A stretch of DNA of 32,000 nucleotides from an uncultured Opitutales bacterium (GTDB lineage Bacteria; Verrucomicrobiota; Verrucomicrobiia; Opitutales; Intestinicryptomonadaceae), in contig CAKUIA010000003.1 of NCBI GenBank assembly GCA_934660865.1, positions 1 through 32,000 on the forward strand, in the 5' to 3' direction. The notes below the pieces were generated by a model. It made no database searches. It saw nothing but the letters and a program-made list of their open reading frames with translations, and had not been told where the DNA came from. Below, in pieces: positions 1 through 7,729 of the stretch. Numbering within the stretch: position 1 is the stretch's first letter; each line of letters begins with the position of its first letter. Both the position numbers and the translations under genes were made by a program.

Positions 1-909
1 ATGTTTACCTGCAGCCTCGGCAAATCTTTAAAACGCTTTGCATAAAAACTGGCGTAGGTGTGCCGCAAAACGTCTTGCTCCCAACAACCACTAAAACCCG
101 AATCAGCGCGTATCTTGCGCCACCGACATACCCAATCTAGGGGACAAATATGCGAAGTGCTTTCTAGCTGGTGGGCAATTAAAAGTCTGTTTAATACGGG
201 AGGAATTTCAACTTGACGTACACCGCCAGTTTTCGAACACTGCGAACGAACCGTAATAATTTTTTCTTCGGTATCGATGTCGCGCCAAGTAAGGCGGCGC
301 ACTTCGCGCGGGCGTATTCCCGCATAAACTAAAAGGGCGACAACAATGGCATATTTAGGGCTTTCGCGTTGGGCGTTTTTTATTAGGCGTCTTATTTCAG
401 ATAGTTTTAAAGGTTGTATCTCTTTTTCTACAACTTTTTTGCGTTCTATTCGCTTAATCGGGTTTTTTGTCGCACCACTCGCGGCGAATTGCAAATTCAA
501 AAAAGGCATGCAACATAGCGCGCCCTTTGTTGTATTGGCTTGGGGTAGCAAACGCACAATTTAGCCACTCTTCACATTCCGATACACTAAACTCCGAAAA
601 ATTGCGCCTGGAAAGTTCGTGTTTGGTTTTAATCAGCCTATTTCCAATACAGCGAATGTCGCGTATAGAATCTGGGCGCAAATGCTGCTTGCTTTTTAAA
701 TACGTAACAAACCCGTCGGCAAAGCTCATTTCTTTAGTACGAATATTTCGCAAGCCAACTTCAATTACCTTTAAAACAAATTGCGCGTCGGTTAAATTGC
801 AGTTTTTGGGCTTTGCGTCCAAAATATTCCTGACAAACCTTGCCGAATCTAAAACCGAAACTTTCGTTTTCCCCAAAACTTCCTTAGCCAAATTTAATAT
901 AGTGTTCAT
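1..909 (-). pseudogene. Tyrosine recombinase (phage-type integrase), interrupted by a 1-nt frameshift in a homopolymer and cut off by the window start
   Basis: ORF 454..909 encodes the N-terminal SAM-like core-binding part (...SQYNKGRAMLHAFFEFAIRREWCDKK). I hand-translated the minus strand below 462 in the adjacent frame. It reads NPIKRIERKKVVEKEIQPLKLSEIRRLIKNAQRESPKYAIVVALLVYAGIRPREVRRLTWRDID...VLRHTYASFYAKRFKDLPRLQVNM. That is the catalytic domain with the box I Arg and the LRHT box II, and it runs off position 1. The two frames join at the T6 run 463..468 (A6 on the coding strand). Removing one A gives ...CDKNPIKRIE. Confidence 0.75.
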
Positions 910-1082
910 CGTATTATAAATACGAATGTCAAATATAAATTCAAAAGATTGTTTGAATTATTTGTAAGAAATAACTTACGCAAAATTTGCCGAACAGTTA
1001 GAACAGATTTAAAGGACAATTTTACATAACGCAAAACATATAATTTTATGCTTTTCAAAAGCTTGCAACAAAGCAAATGTCT

Positions 1083-1101
1083 ATAGTATTTATAATACTA
1101 T
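1083..1101 (+). promoter_or_regulatory. Candidate promoter/operator: 8-bp inverted repeat ATAGTATT-N3-AATACTAT overlapping a perfect TATAAT (1091..1096)
   Basis: Read directly. The TATAAT ends 20 nt before the ATG at 1117. I found no convincing -35 at 17 nt. Confidence 0.3.
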
Positions 1102-1116
1102 GGTTTCCCTCCTATT

Positions 1117-1884
1117 ATGAAACGGGAAATATCATATCCGGATTTTGAGCAGGGAAAGCTAAAGCAAATCAATGCTTTGATGAAGGAATGGAAGTCTTCA
1201 TTGCCGGAGAAAGAGCAAGAACTTTTCGTTTCAGACGGTTTTTATCCGTATTATTTTTCAAAGAAGCCCCGAATTTTGTTTGTAGCAAAAGAATCGACGG
1301 GAATGCTAGGGCTTGCATACACAGATACACTTTTCGACTGTTATAGAAACGAAAAACGCATAGGCGAAAAGAATATAAATCAATATAGATTTCATGCCAG
1401 AATGATGTATATGGCTTACGGAATTCTCAACAAAGAATCTACGTTTGAGGAATTCCAAGCCACTCCGTTTGCCTCGAAAATAGGCGATACGTTTGGGACT
1501 AAAGACGGCGTAAGTTTCGCCTTTATGAACATTTCAAAAAGCTCTAACGAAAACGGAACATATGCAAACGAAAAACTGATAGAGACTTCCTACACACACG
1601 GCAAAAAATTTATTAAGCGCGAAATAGAGCTGCTCGAACCAGATATAATAATTTCGGCAAATGTCACGGATAAAATTACAAACATCTTTGGAGAACCGAG
1701 CGTTTTGAAACGTATCGGCGGCAACAGCAAAGTATGCGACGTTTGCGCCCAAACAATAAAAGTAAACGCCAAAGACACGCTACTTTTGGATTGCTGGCAC
1801 TTTTCAAGTGTAAAAGGCAAAAAAGACTTTGAACACTTTTACCACCCAGTTTGTGAATTCACAAAAAAATACTTCAACCAATAA
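1117..1884 (+). CDS. Hypothetical cytoplasmic protein, 255 aa, with weak UDG-superfamily-like strand/motif order (function unproven)
   Basis: Long clean ORF with no TM segment. Blocks RILFVAKESTG, VSFAFMNISK, EPDIIISAN and LLLDCWHFSS follow the order and spacing of the four core strands of uracil-DNA-glycosylase-fold proteins. Both catalytic motifs are substituted. It is tightly coupled to the next gene. Confidence 0.6.
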   Translation: MKREISYPDFEQGKLKQINALMKEWKSSLPEKEQELFVSDGFYPYYFSKKPRILFVAKESTGMLGLAYTDTLFDCYRNEKRIGEKNINQYRFHARMMYMAYGILNKESTFEEFQATPFASKIGDTFGTKDGVSFAFMNISKSSNENGTYANEKLIETSYTHGKKFIKREIELLEPDIIISANVTDKITNIFGEPSVLKRIGGNSKVCDVCAQTIKVNAKDTLLLDCWHFSSVKGKKDFEHFYHPVCEFTKKYFNQ

Positions 1885-1893
1885 GGAATAAAT

Positions 1894-2256
1894 ATGGAAA
1901 AAGAATCAAACACTCCTAAACAAAACACACAAACTCCATCAACGGCTGATATGCAGTCGATGATGATGCAACAAATGATGCAACAGCAAATGATGCAGCA
2001 AAATGCAATGAATCAGCAGATGGTTAACCAGATGAAGGAAATGAATAATTCCGACAAAAGCAGGCTAACCTATATAATCATTGCTTTATTTTTGGGCGCG
2101 TGGGGAATCCATAACTTTTATGCAGGACATACCGGCAGAGGGATTATCCAGCTATTATTGGGCATAACAATGGTTGGCTGTTGTATAACAGTTCCGTGGT
2201 GCATTCTTGATATGATTTGTACCAAAAGAGACGGCGACGGAAAGAAAATGAGATAA
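1894..2256 (+). CDS. TM2 domain membrane protein with Q/M-rich N-terminal tail, 120 aa
   Basis: SRLTYIIIALFLGAWGIHNFYAGHTGRGIIQLLLGITMVGCCITVPWCILDMI matches the TM2-domain pattern of two TM helices (G.hGiHrFY.G....G). AAGGA lies 6 nt upstream of the ATG, which is 9 nt after the upstream stop. Confidence 0.8.
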   Translation: MEKESNTPKQNTQTPSTADMQSMMMQQMMQQQMMQQNAMNQQMVNQMKEMNNSDKSRLTYIIIALFLGAWGIHNFYAGHTGRGIIQLLLGITMVGCCITVPWCILDMICTKRDGDGKKMR

Positions 2257-2271
2257 AATAATATATAAATC

Positions 2272-2310
2272 AACGAATCAAATTGTAAATCGCAATTTGA
2301 TTCGTTTTTT
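2272..2310 (+). terminator. Rho-independent terminator closing the 1117..2256 two-gene unit
   Basis: Perfect 14-bp stem AACGAATCAAATTG (2272..2285) / CAATTTGATTCGTT (2293..2306) with a 7-nt loop, followed by a T-run to 2310. Confidence 0.85.
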
Positions 2311-2356
2311 GCGCAACTACTACAAAAAAATGAAGACATTATCATTGAAATAATTT

Positions 2357-3220
2357 ATGGAAAAATTAGCAAAAAATATACTCAAAGCCGTAAATTGTAT
2401 CCTATTGAGTTTAGGAGGACTTGTTGTTTTTTTTACATTGAGGACGTGTTTTTTTGAGAATATGTCGAATTCGGCAAATTCTTGTGCAAAAAGCAAAACG
2501 GAACGGGAAGAGCTATTGACAAGAATATGGGGCACAAAAATTGCTAAAGTTATTGTAGATGATAATGAAAGTTTATACCCTTATTTTACCACCGTTGGTG
2601 GATTATACGATTTAAGCGAATCTGACTGGGAAGCATTAATTTTAAGGGATCTCGTTTTTATGCAGTTATGGGAAAAAGTAAAAGCCAATGACGAGTATTG
2701 GCTTAATCGATTGCAAAATGATTACGGGAATTCAGTATCCGAATTTTGCCGAATAAGAGGAATTGACAGCATTCCTCCATATAAATTAATCAACGCACAA
2801 CCAAAATTTATTGATCTTTTTTATAATAACAAAGAATTGATAGATATAGCATCTGCAACCGCATCAACTCAATATGATATTTGCGCATTACTTCGCAGTT
2901 TATTTGTTCAAACTGCAGAAGGCTATAACTGGAAAGCGTTCAAACTTTTTGAAGATATTTTCAATTCTAGAGAAATTATAGGCGATAACATATACGAAGA
3001 ACAAATAAAAAACGAAGAATTGAACAAAGACAAATTCTTCACGGACGTAAAAAAATACGGGTATGCTTGCTATGCTTTTTTATATAAAAATGGAATTGTT
3101 GTAGAAAAAGATGAACAGAAATCGGCAGCATACGCAAAGTTTGCGTTGCCCTATCGTATTGTAGATAAAACCGGTTTTTTGGTTGGGGATAAAGCAGAGA
3201 TCAATAAATATCTAGAGTAG
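2357..3220 (+). CDS. Hypothetical N-terminally membrane-anchored protein, 287 aa, with one Sel1/TPR-like segment near the C-terminus
   Basis: Clean ORF in the AT-rich block with an N-terminal hydrophobic helix (ILLSLGGLVVFFTL). YGYACYAFLYKNGIVVEKDEQKSAAYAKFA resembles a Sel1-like repeat. It has no other recognisable motif and has its own terminator. Confidence 0.6.
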   Translation: MEKLAKNILKAVNCILLSLGGLVVFFTLRTCFFENMSNSANSCAKSKTEREELLTRIWGTKIAKVIVDDNESLYPYFTTVGGLYDLSESDWEALILRDLVFMQLWEKVKANDEYWLNRLQNDYGNSVSEFCRIRGIDSIPPYKLINAQPKFIDLFYNNKELIDIASATASTQYDICALLRSLFVQTAEGYNWKAFKLFEDIFNSREIIGDNIYEEQIKNEELNKDKFFTDVKKYGYACYAFLYKNGIVVEKDEQKSAAYAKFALPYRIVDKTGFLVGDKAEINKYLE

Positions 3221-3291
3221 ATAACTTTTTGTTATGCTCGGTTCAGCAGGGTGCCCATCTGGCGGGCTTCATCAATGGAATAAGCTTTAAA

Positions 3292-3334
3292 AATGCAAAA
3301 GAGCCTTTCGGGATTCGAAAGGCTCTTTTGCATT
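3292..3334 (+). terminator. Long hairpin / probable terminator downstream of 2357..3220
   Basis: An approx. 20-bp stem, AAATGCAAAAGAGCCTTTCG / CGAAAGGCTCTTTTGCATTT, around a 5-nt loop (3311..3315). The T-tail is short (TT only), so the call rests on stem strength and position. Confidence 0.55.
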
Positions 3335-3833
3335 GCTCGACGATAAGGTAAGATTTAAAGCTAATTTTTAGTTTGGCGGAAGAAGTGTTGCATTTTGGGA
3401 TTTGTAGGGTTGCGTTTTAGTGGGTAGGGTAGTGGCAAGCAACGGTTGTGTTATAAGTTTACTTGTAGTACTTTATTGAATTTAAGTTTGCATTTATGTG
3501 CTAAAATACGGAGCTAAATTATAGAGTAAAAGCGTTTGCAAAATGCGGGAGGGAAAGTGTAAAAAACAAATTATCAGAAACCCCATATTCTACAACTTTT
3601 AACGTTGAGGCGAGTTGTGGTTGCCGTGTTTGATAGTTTTTAATTTATGCGTGCTGTATGGGCGTTTTACGTTTGCTTTTTTTCGCCCATTTTTTGCCGA
3701 TTCATTTTCGGCAAATTAGCAAGGTTTTTAGAAGCGCGAATATTTAAGGCAAAACAAAAAATTGTTGTTCGGCAACGTGGTAATAAAAAACCTTTACCCA
3801 AAAACCAATTTGAAAAGCGGGCGGGAAAGTGGA

Positions 3834-3866
3834 CAATAAAAAAAGGACTTATTTTTATAAGTCCTT
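3834..3866 (-). terminator. Rho-independent terminator of tRNA-Lys
   Basis: The minus strand reads AAGGACTTA-loop-TAAGTCCTT followed by a T7 run. The stems are 3843..3851 and 3858..3866, 12 nt after the tRNA 3' end. Confidence 0.65.
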
Positions 3867-3877
3867 AATTGTTAATG

Positions 3878-3950
<73 letters not shown>

Positions 3951-3967
3951 TTAACAATAAAGTAGGT

Positions 3968-3995
3968 ATAGTACTAATTGCGTTGCCTTATGCAA
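3968..3995 (-). promoter_or_regulatory. Candidate sigma-70 promoter for tRNA-Lys (TTGCAT-N16-TACTAT)
   Basis: The minus strand has -35 TTGCAT (3995..3990) and -10 TACTAT (3973..3968), 17 nt upstream of the mature 5' end. Confidence 0.3.
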
Positions 3996-4331
3996 GCAAA
4001 TTTTTAGAAAAAGTTATTTTTATTTTTTGTCTGCAAAAATTTTGCGCTTTTGCCCAGCCTTTGCCCAATTTTTTTGCAAAACAGTGTTTTTGCGGCGGGC
4101 GCGCAAAATATAGTATCTGCGGCAGGGTGCGGTGCGCAAAATGCCTTGTTTGGCGCAAATTTGCCGGCGCAAAAAGCTTTGTGCGTTTAACGACCGGCCA
4201 AAATTTGCGGGGTATTTGCACAAATTGGGCTTTAAAAAAATTCGCGCAAATTTGGCGCATATTGTGCGGGGAATATTTTATATAAATTTAAAGCTTTTAA
4301 AAAGCCGTTAATATACTAACATTTTTACGCA

Positions 4332-5129
4332 ATGAAACAATATTTGGATTTACTTGATTTTGTACTAAAAAACGGCTGCGAGCGCACCGACAGAACAAAG
4401 GTGGGCACAATAGGCGTATTCGGCGCACAGGCAAGGTTTGATTTGTCGAAATCGTTTCCTCTTTTAACCACAAAAAAGCTGCACACGCGCTCTATTTTAT
4501 ACGAGCTGCTTTGGTTCTTAAAGGGCGACACAAACGTGAAATATTTGCACGACCACAAAGTTACGATATGGGACGAGTGGGCCGACGAAAACGGCGATTT
4601 GGGCCGCATATACGGCGCGCAATGGACCGACTGGCGCACGCCCGACGGCAAAAGCATTAACCAAATTAAAAACGTTGTAGAATCGCTTAAGAACGACCCG
4701 TTTGGCCGCAGGCACATTGTGTGCGCATGGAACCCCGGCGAGCTTTCGAAAATGGCGCTGCCGCCTTGCCATGCAATGTTCCAGTTTTACGTTAACGCAA
4801 ACAAAGAGCTTAGCTGCCAGCTATACCAGCGCAGTGCCGACCTGTTTTTGGGCGTGCCTTTCAACATAGCTTCGTACGCGTTTTTAACGTATATGGTAGC
4901 CCAGGTTTGCGGATATAAGCCCAAAGAATTTGTGCACACTTTCGGCGACTTGCACATATACAAAAACCACATTCAGCAGGTTAAAGAGCAGCTAAGCCGC
5001 ACCCCGCGCGAGCTGCCCACCTTAAAGCTAAACCCCGAAAAGAAAAATCTTGAAGATTTCGATTTTGAAGATTTCAAGATAGAAGGGTATAACCCATACC
5101 CGACTATAAAGGCGCCCATAGCCGTCTAA
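4332..5129 (+). CDS. thyA: Thymidylate synthase (ThyA type)
   Basis: Full-length match to ThyA hallmarks: MKQYLDLL..., [47 protein letters not shown] (catalytic Cys), [18 protein letters not shown]. Confidence 0.97.
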   Translation: MKQYLDLLDFVLKNGCERTDRTKVGTIGVFGAQARFDLSKSFPLLTTKKLHTRSILYELLWFLKGDTNVKYLHDHKVTIWDEWADENGDLGRIYGAQWTDWRTPDGKSINQIKNVVESLKNDPFGRRHIVCAWNPGELSKMALPPCHAMFQFYVNANKELSCQLYQRSADLFLGVPFNIASYAFLTYMVAQVCGYKPKEFVHTFGDLHIYKNHIQQVKEQLSRTPRELPTLKLNPEKKNLEDFDFEDFKIEGYNPYPTIKAPIAV

Positions 5130-5132
5130 AAA

Positions 5133-6014
5133 ATGGCAACAGACAAAGACAAAGCCGCGTTTATGTCGGTTGTGGCCGCCGTATTCCTTACAACTTTCAA
5201 GATGGTTGTGGGGTTTCTCACGGGGTCGTTGGGTATATTGTCGGAGGCCTTGCACTCGCTGTTGGATTTTGTTGCGGCGTTTATTACCTTTATTGCGGTA
5301 AAAATTTCCGACAAGCCCGCCGACAGAGACCACAATTTCGGCCATGGCAAGATAGAAAACTTGTCGGCTTTAATAGAAACGGGGCTGCTTGTTGCAACGT
5401 GCGTATGGATTGTATACGAAGCCCTGGAGCGTTTGGCAAGCGGCAACACGCAAATAGAGGTAAGCTTTTGGGCGTATGCTGTTGTTATAACTTCTATTTG
5501 CGTAGATTTTTTCAGGTCGCGCGCGCTTAAGAAGGCGGCCAAAGAGCACAACAGCCAGGCCCTGGAGGCCGACGCCCTGCATTTTTCGACCGACATTCTA
5601 AGCAGCGCGGTTGTTTTGGCGGGTTTGATTATGGCGCAATACGGCTACTATTTTGCCGACTGCGTTGCGGCGCTGGCTGTGGCCTGCATAGTGGTGTTTG
5701 TTTCGCTTAGGCTTGGGGCGCGCTCTATAGACGACCTGCTCGACAAAGCCCCCAAAGAGGCCGTAGGCAAAATTTCAATGGCGATAAGCTCGGTAGACGA
5801 CATTATATTTTTCCACGATTTGCGGGTGCGCAATTCGGGGGCCGATATGCAGGTTGAAGTTAGCATACATGTAGACCCCCATTTGACGATTTTGCAGGCG
5901 CACGACATTGCCGAAAAGCTTGAAAGGGCCGTGCAAAGCGTAGAGCCGCGCGCCGACGTTCACGTGCATATAGAGCCCGAAAGCGAGTGTTCTGCAAACC
6001 TGCACAGAACCTAA
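5133..6014 (+). CDS. Cation diffusion facilitator (CDF) family metal efflux transporter
   Basis: Six predicted TM helices plus a cytoplasmic C-domain. CDF signatures are HSLLDFVAAFI...DRDHNFGHGKIENLSALIE and ALHFSTDILSS. It starts 3 nt after the thyA stop. Confidence 0.9.
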   Translation: MATDKDKAAFMSVVAAVFLTTFKMVVGFLTGSLGILSEALHSLLDFVAAFITFIAVKISDKPADRDHNFGHGKIENLSALIETGLLVATCVWIVYEALERLASGNTQIEVSFWAYAVVITSICVDFFRSRALKKAAKEHNSQALEADALHFSTDILSSAVVLAGLIMAQYGYYFADCVAALAVACIVVFVSLRLGARSIDDLLDKAPKEAVGKISMAISSVDDIIFFHDLRVRNSGADMQVEVSIHVDPHLTILQAHDIAEKLERAVQSVEPRADVHVHIEPESECSANLHRT

Positions 6015-6086
6015 ACGCCGTTTTTTTGCTGGCGCTTTTTAGTTTAAAAACGCAACATTTTTTACGAAATTAAACCAGATTGCATT

Positions 6087-7505
6087 ATGACAAGCAAAAA
6101 CCTTTTTACCGCATTTTTGTTTGCGCTTTCGGCGTTGCCGCTTTTTGCCATTCAGCGCAACTATTTTAAGCACCCCACCTACGATGTAGACAGCGAAATG
6201 CCGCTGCCTTACACGGCAATGTATAGCGACTATTACGACGATTTAGACGCCCCCAAGTGCCGTTTTTTTGAAGAGTGGTTTTCAAAAAGCGGGGCGTTCC
6301 CGTTCTTTTTCGACGAGCGCGCCAAGCTTGAAAGTTCGGGCATTGTTCCCGTTTTTACCTACATAGGCAACTTTGCGGGCAACCCCACCGGCGGCAGGGC
6401 AAGGGGCACGGGCATTTCAAATTCGTTTAACTTGGGCGTTGGCCTAGACATAGGCAAACTTAGCGGCAAAAAGGCGCTAAGCGGGTTAAGCCTTGGCAAC
6501 ACCTGGGCGTGGCGCTCGGGCGACAGCATAACCCCAAAATATTTGGGCAACACGTTTAGCGTTCAGCAAAACTACGGCTCGCAAACAATAAATTTACAGT
6601 CGCTGTTTTTGATGTACGAAAAGCCCGTTTTTGGCGACGAATATGTTTTTAGGCTTAAGCTTGGGCGCTTTGCCGCGGGCGACAATTTTATGGCAAAGCC
6701 CATATACTGGCTTTATATGAGCAATTCGGTAGACGGCAACCCCGTGGGCATGTTCTACCAAACAAAGCTTTCGGCATATCCTTCGGGCGTATGGGGCGCA
6801 TATTTGAATATAGAGCAAAAAGACGGCGCATACATAAAGGCGGGCGTATACCAAATTAACGACCCTTCGCAAGACGCAAATTCAAGGCACGGGCTAGACT
6901 GGTCTTTCGAAAAAAGCATTGGCGTAAACGCCAATTTTGAAATAGGCTGGGACATAAACCACGACGACAGCGGCAAATCTCCCGCAAACATTTCGGTGGG
7001 CATAATTTCGGATTGGTACAACGCCCCCCATAACGACAACCCAAACAAATATTCGTATTTTAACTGCAGCCTGTATTTTCAGGCCGACTATATGGTTTGG
7101 AATATGGGTATGCCCGAAAGGGAAAAAGCTTCGTATATAACGCGCGATACATCGAACGCCTACAGGGATTTGCGCGGCATTATTGCCTGGGCTGCAGTGC
7201 AATACGACCCTAACGAAAATCTGGCCTACATGCCCTTTTTTGCCTGCGGCGGTTTGCTGTTTAACGCCCCCTTTAAATCGCGCGCCGACGACGTTCTTTG
7301 CTTTGCCGTAGCCTACGGCAAATATTCCGACAAGCTGCTTGTTCCCGAAAAAGGCTCGTACGAAATGGTGCTAGAGCTAAACTACAAAATTCAGCTAAAC
7401 AAATTCCTGTTTTTGCAGCCCGACATTCAGTATATAATAAACACAAAGGGCGGGGCATACCCAAACGCCCTTGTTTTGGGCGCGCAGTTCGGCGTGGCGT
7501 TTTAG
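6087..7505 (+). CDS. Carbohydrate-selective porin, OprB family
   Basis: Signal peptide MTSKNLFTAFLFALSALPLFA. It has beta-barrel-like alternating sequence, FTYIGNFAGNPTGG, and the C-terminal LQPDIQYIINTKGG typical of OprB-family porins. The terminal residue is F. Confidence 0.85.
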   Translation: MTSKNLFTAFLFALSALPLFAIQRNYFKHPTYDVDSEMPLPYTAMYSDYYDDLDAPKCRFFEEWFSKSGAFPFFFDERAKLESSGIVPVFTYIGNFAGNPTGGRARGTGISNSFNLGVGLDIGKLSGKKALSGLSLGNTWAWRSGDSITPKYLGNTFSVQQNYGSQTINLQSLFLMYEKPVFGDEYVFRLKLGRFAAGDNFMAKPIYWLYMSNSVDGNPVGMFYQTKLSAYPSGVWGAYLNIEQKDGAYIKAGVYQINDPSQDANSRHGLDWSFEKSIGVNANFEIGWDINHDDSGKSPANISVGIISDWYNAPHNDNPNKYSYFNCSLYFQADYMVWNMGMPEREKASYITRDTSNAYRDLRGIIAWAAVQYDPNENLAYMPFFACGGLLFNAPFKSRADDVLCFAVAYGKYSDKLLVPEKGSYEMVLELNYKIQLNKFLFLQPDIQYIINTKGGAYPNALVLGAQFGVAF

Positions 7506-7557
7506 GTGTTATGTTTTATTTGGCTTTCAACGCAAAAATTTTTGCGTAAATATCGCA

Positions 7558-7596
7558 TAAAAAAAGCGAAGTTTGTTTTTTAACTTCGCTTTTTTG
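7558..7596. terminator. Bidirectional rho-independent terminator between the porin gene and the convergent lipoprotein gene
   Basis: Stem AGCGAAGTT (7565..7573) / AACTTCGCT (7582..7590), with an A-run on the 5' side and a T-run on the 3' side. Confidence 0.7.
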
Positions 7597-7729
7597 TGTG
7601 TTTGTAGTTTTTCGTTATTTAGACTGTCCGTTGCCGCCGAAAACATTTGCTATTGCGTTAAGATAGCCGTATTTGTGTGGTGTTTGTAGGCTGGCTGGAG
7701 GGTGTTGATTATCTTGAGCTTTCAAAAAA

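Noticed and set aside
3397-3429. Four GGG tracts that could form a G-quadruplex
   Set aside because: The loop lengths are 7, 12 and 2 nt, and the long central loop makes a stable G4 doubtful. I cannot assess conservation or function, so I kept it only as part of the description of the skewed non-coding region.
4325-5596. Minus-strand ORFs 4325..4717, 4518..4772, 5028..5345 and 5126..5596
   Set aside because: They are antisense to the unambiguous thyA and CDF transporter genes and have no motifs.
7531-7546. Perfect 16-bp palindrome CGCAAAAATTTTTGCG just after the porin gene
   Set aside because: An A5T5 core with 3-bp GC ends and no loop cannot form a useful hairpin. The real terminator is the hairpin at 7565..7590. 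The GCAAAA/TTTTGC k-mer is ubiquitous in this sequence, so chance occurrence is plausible.
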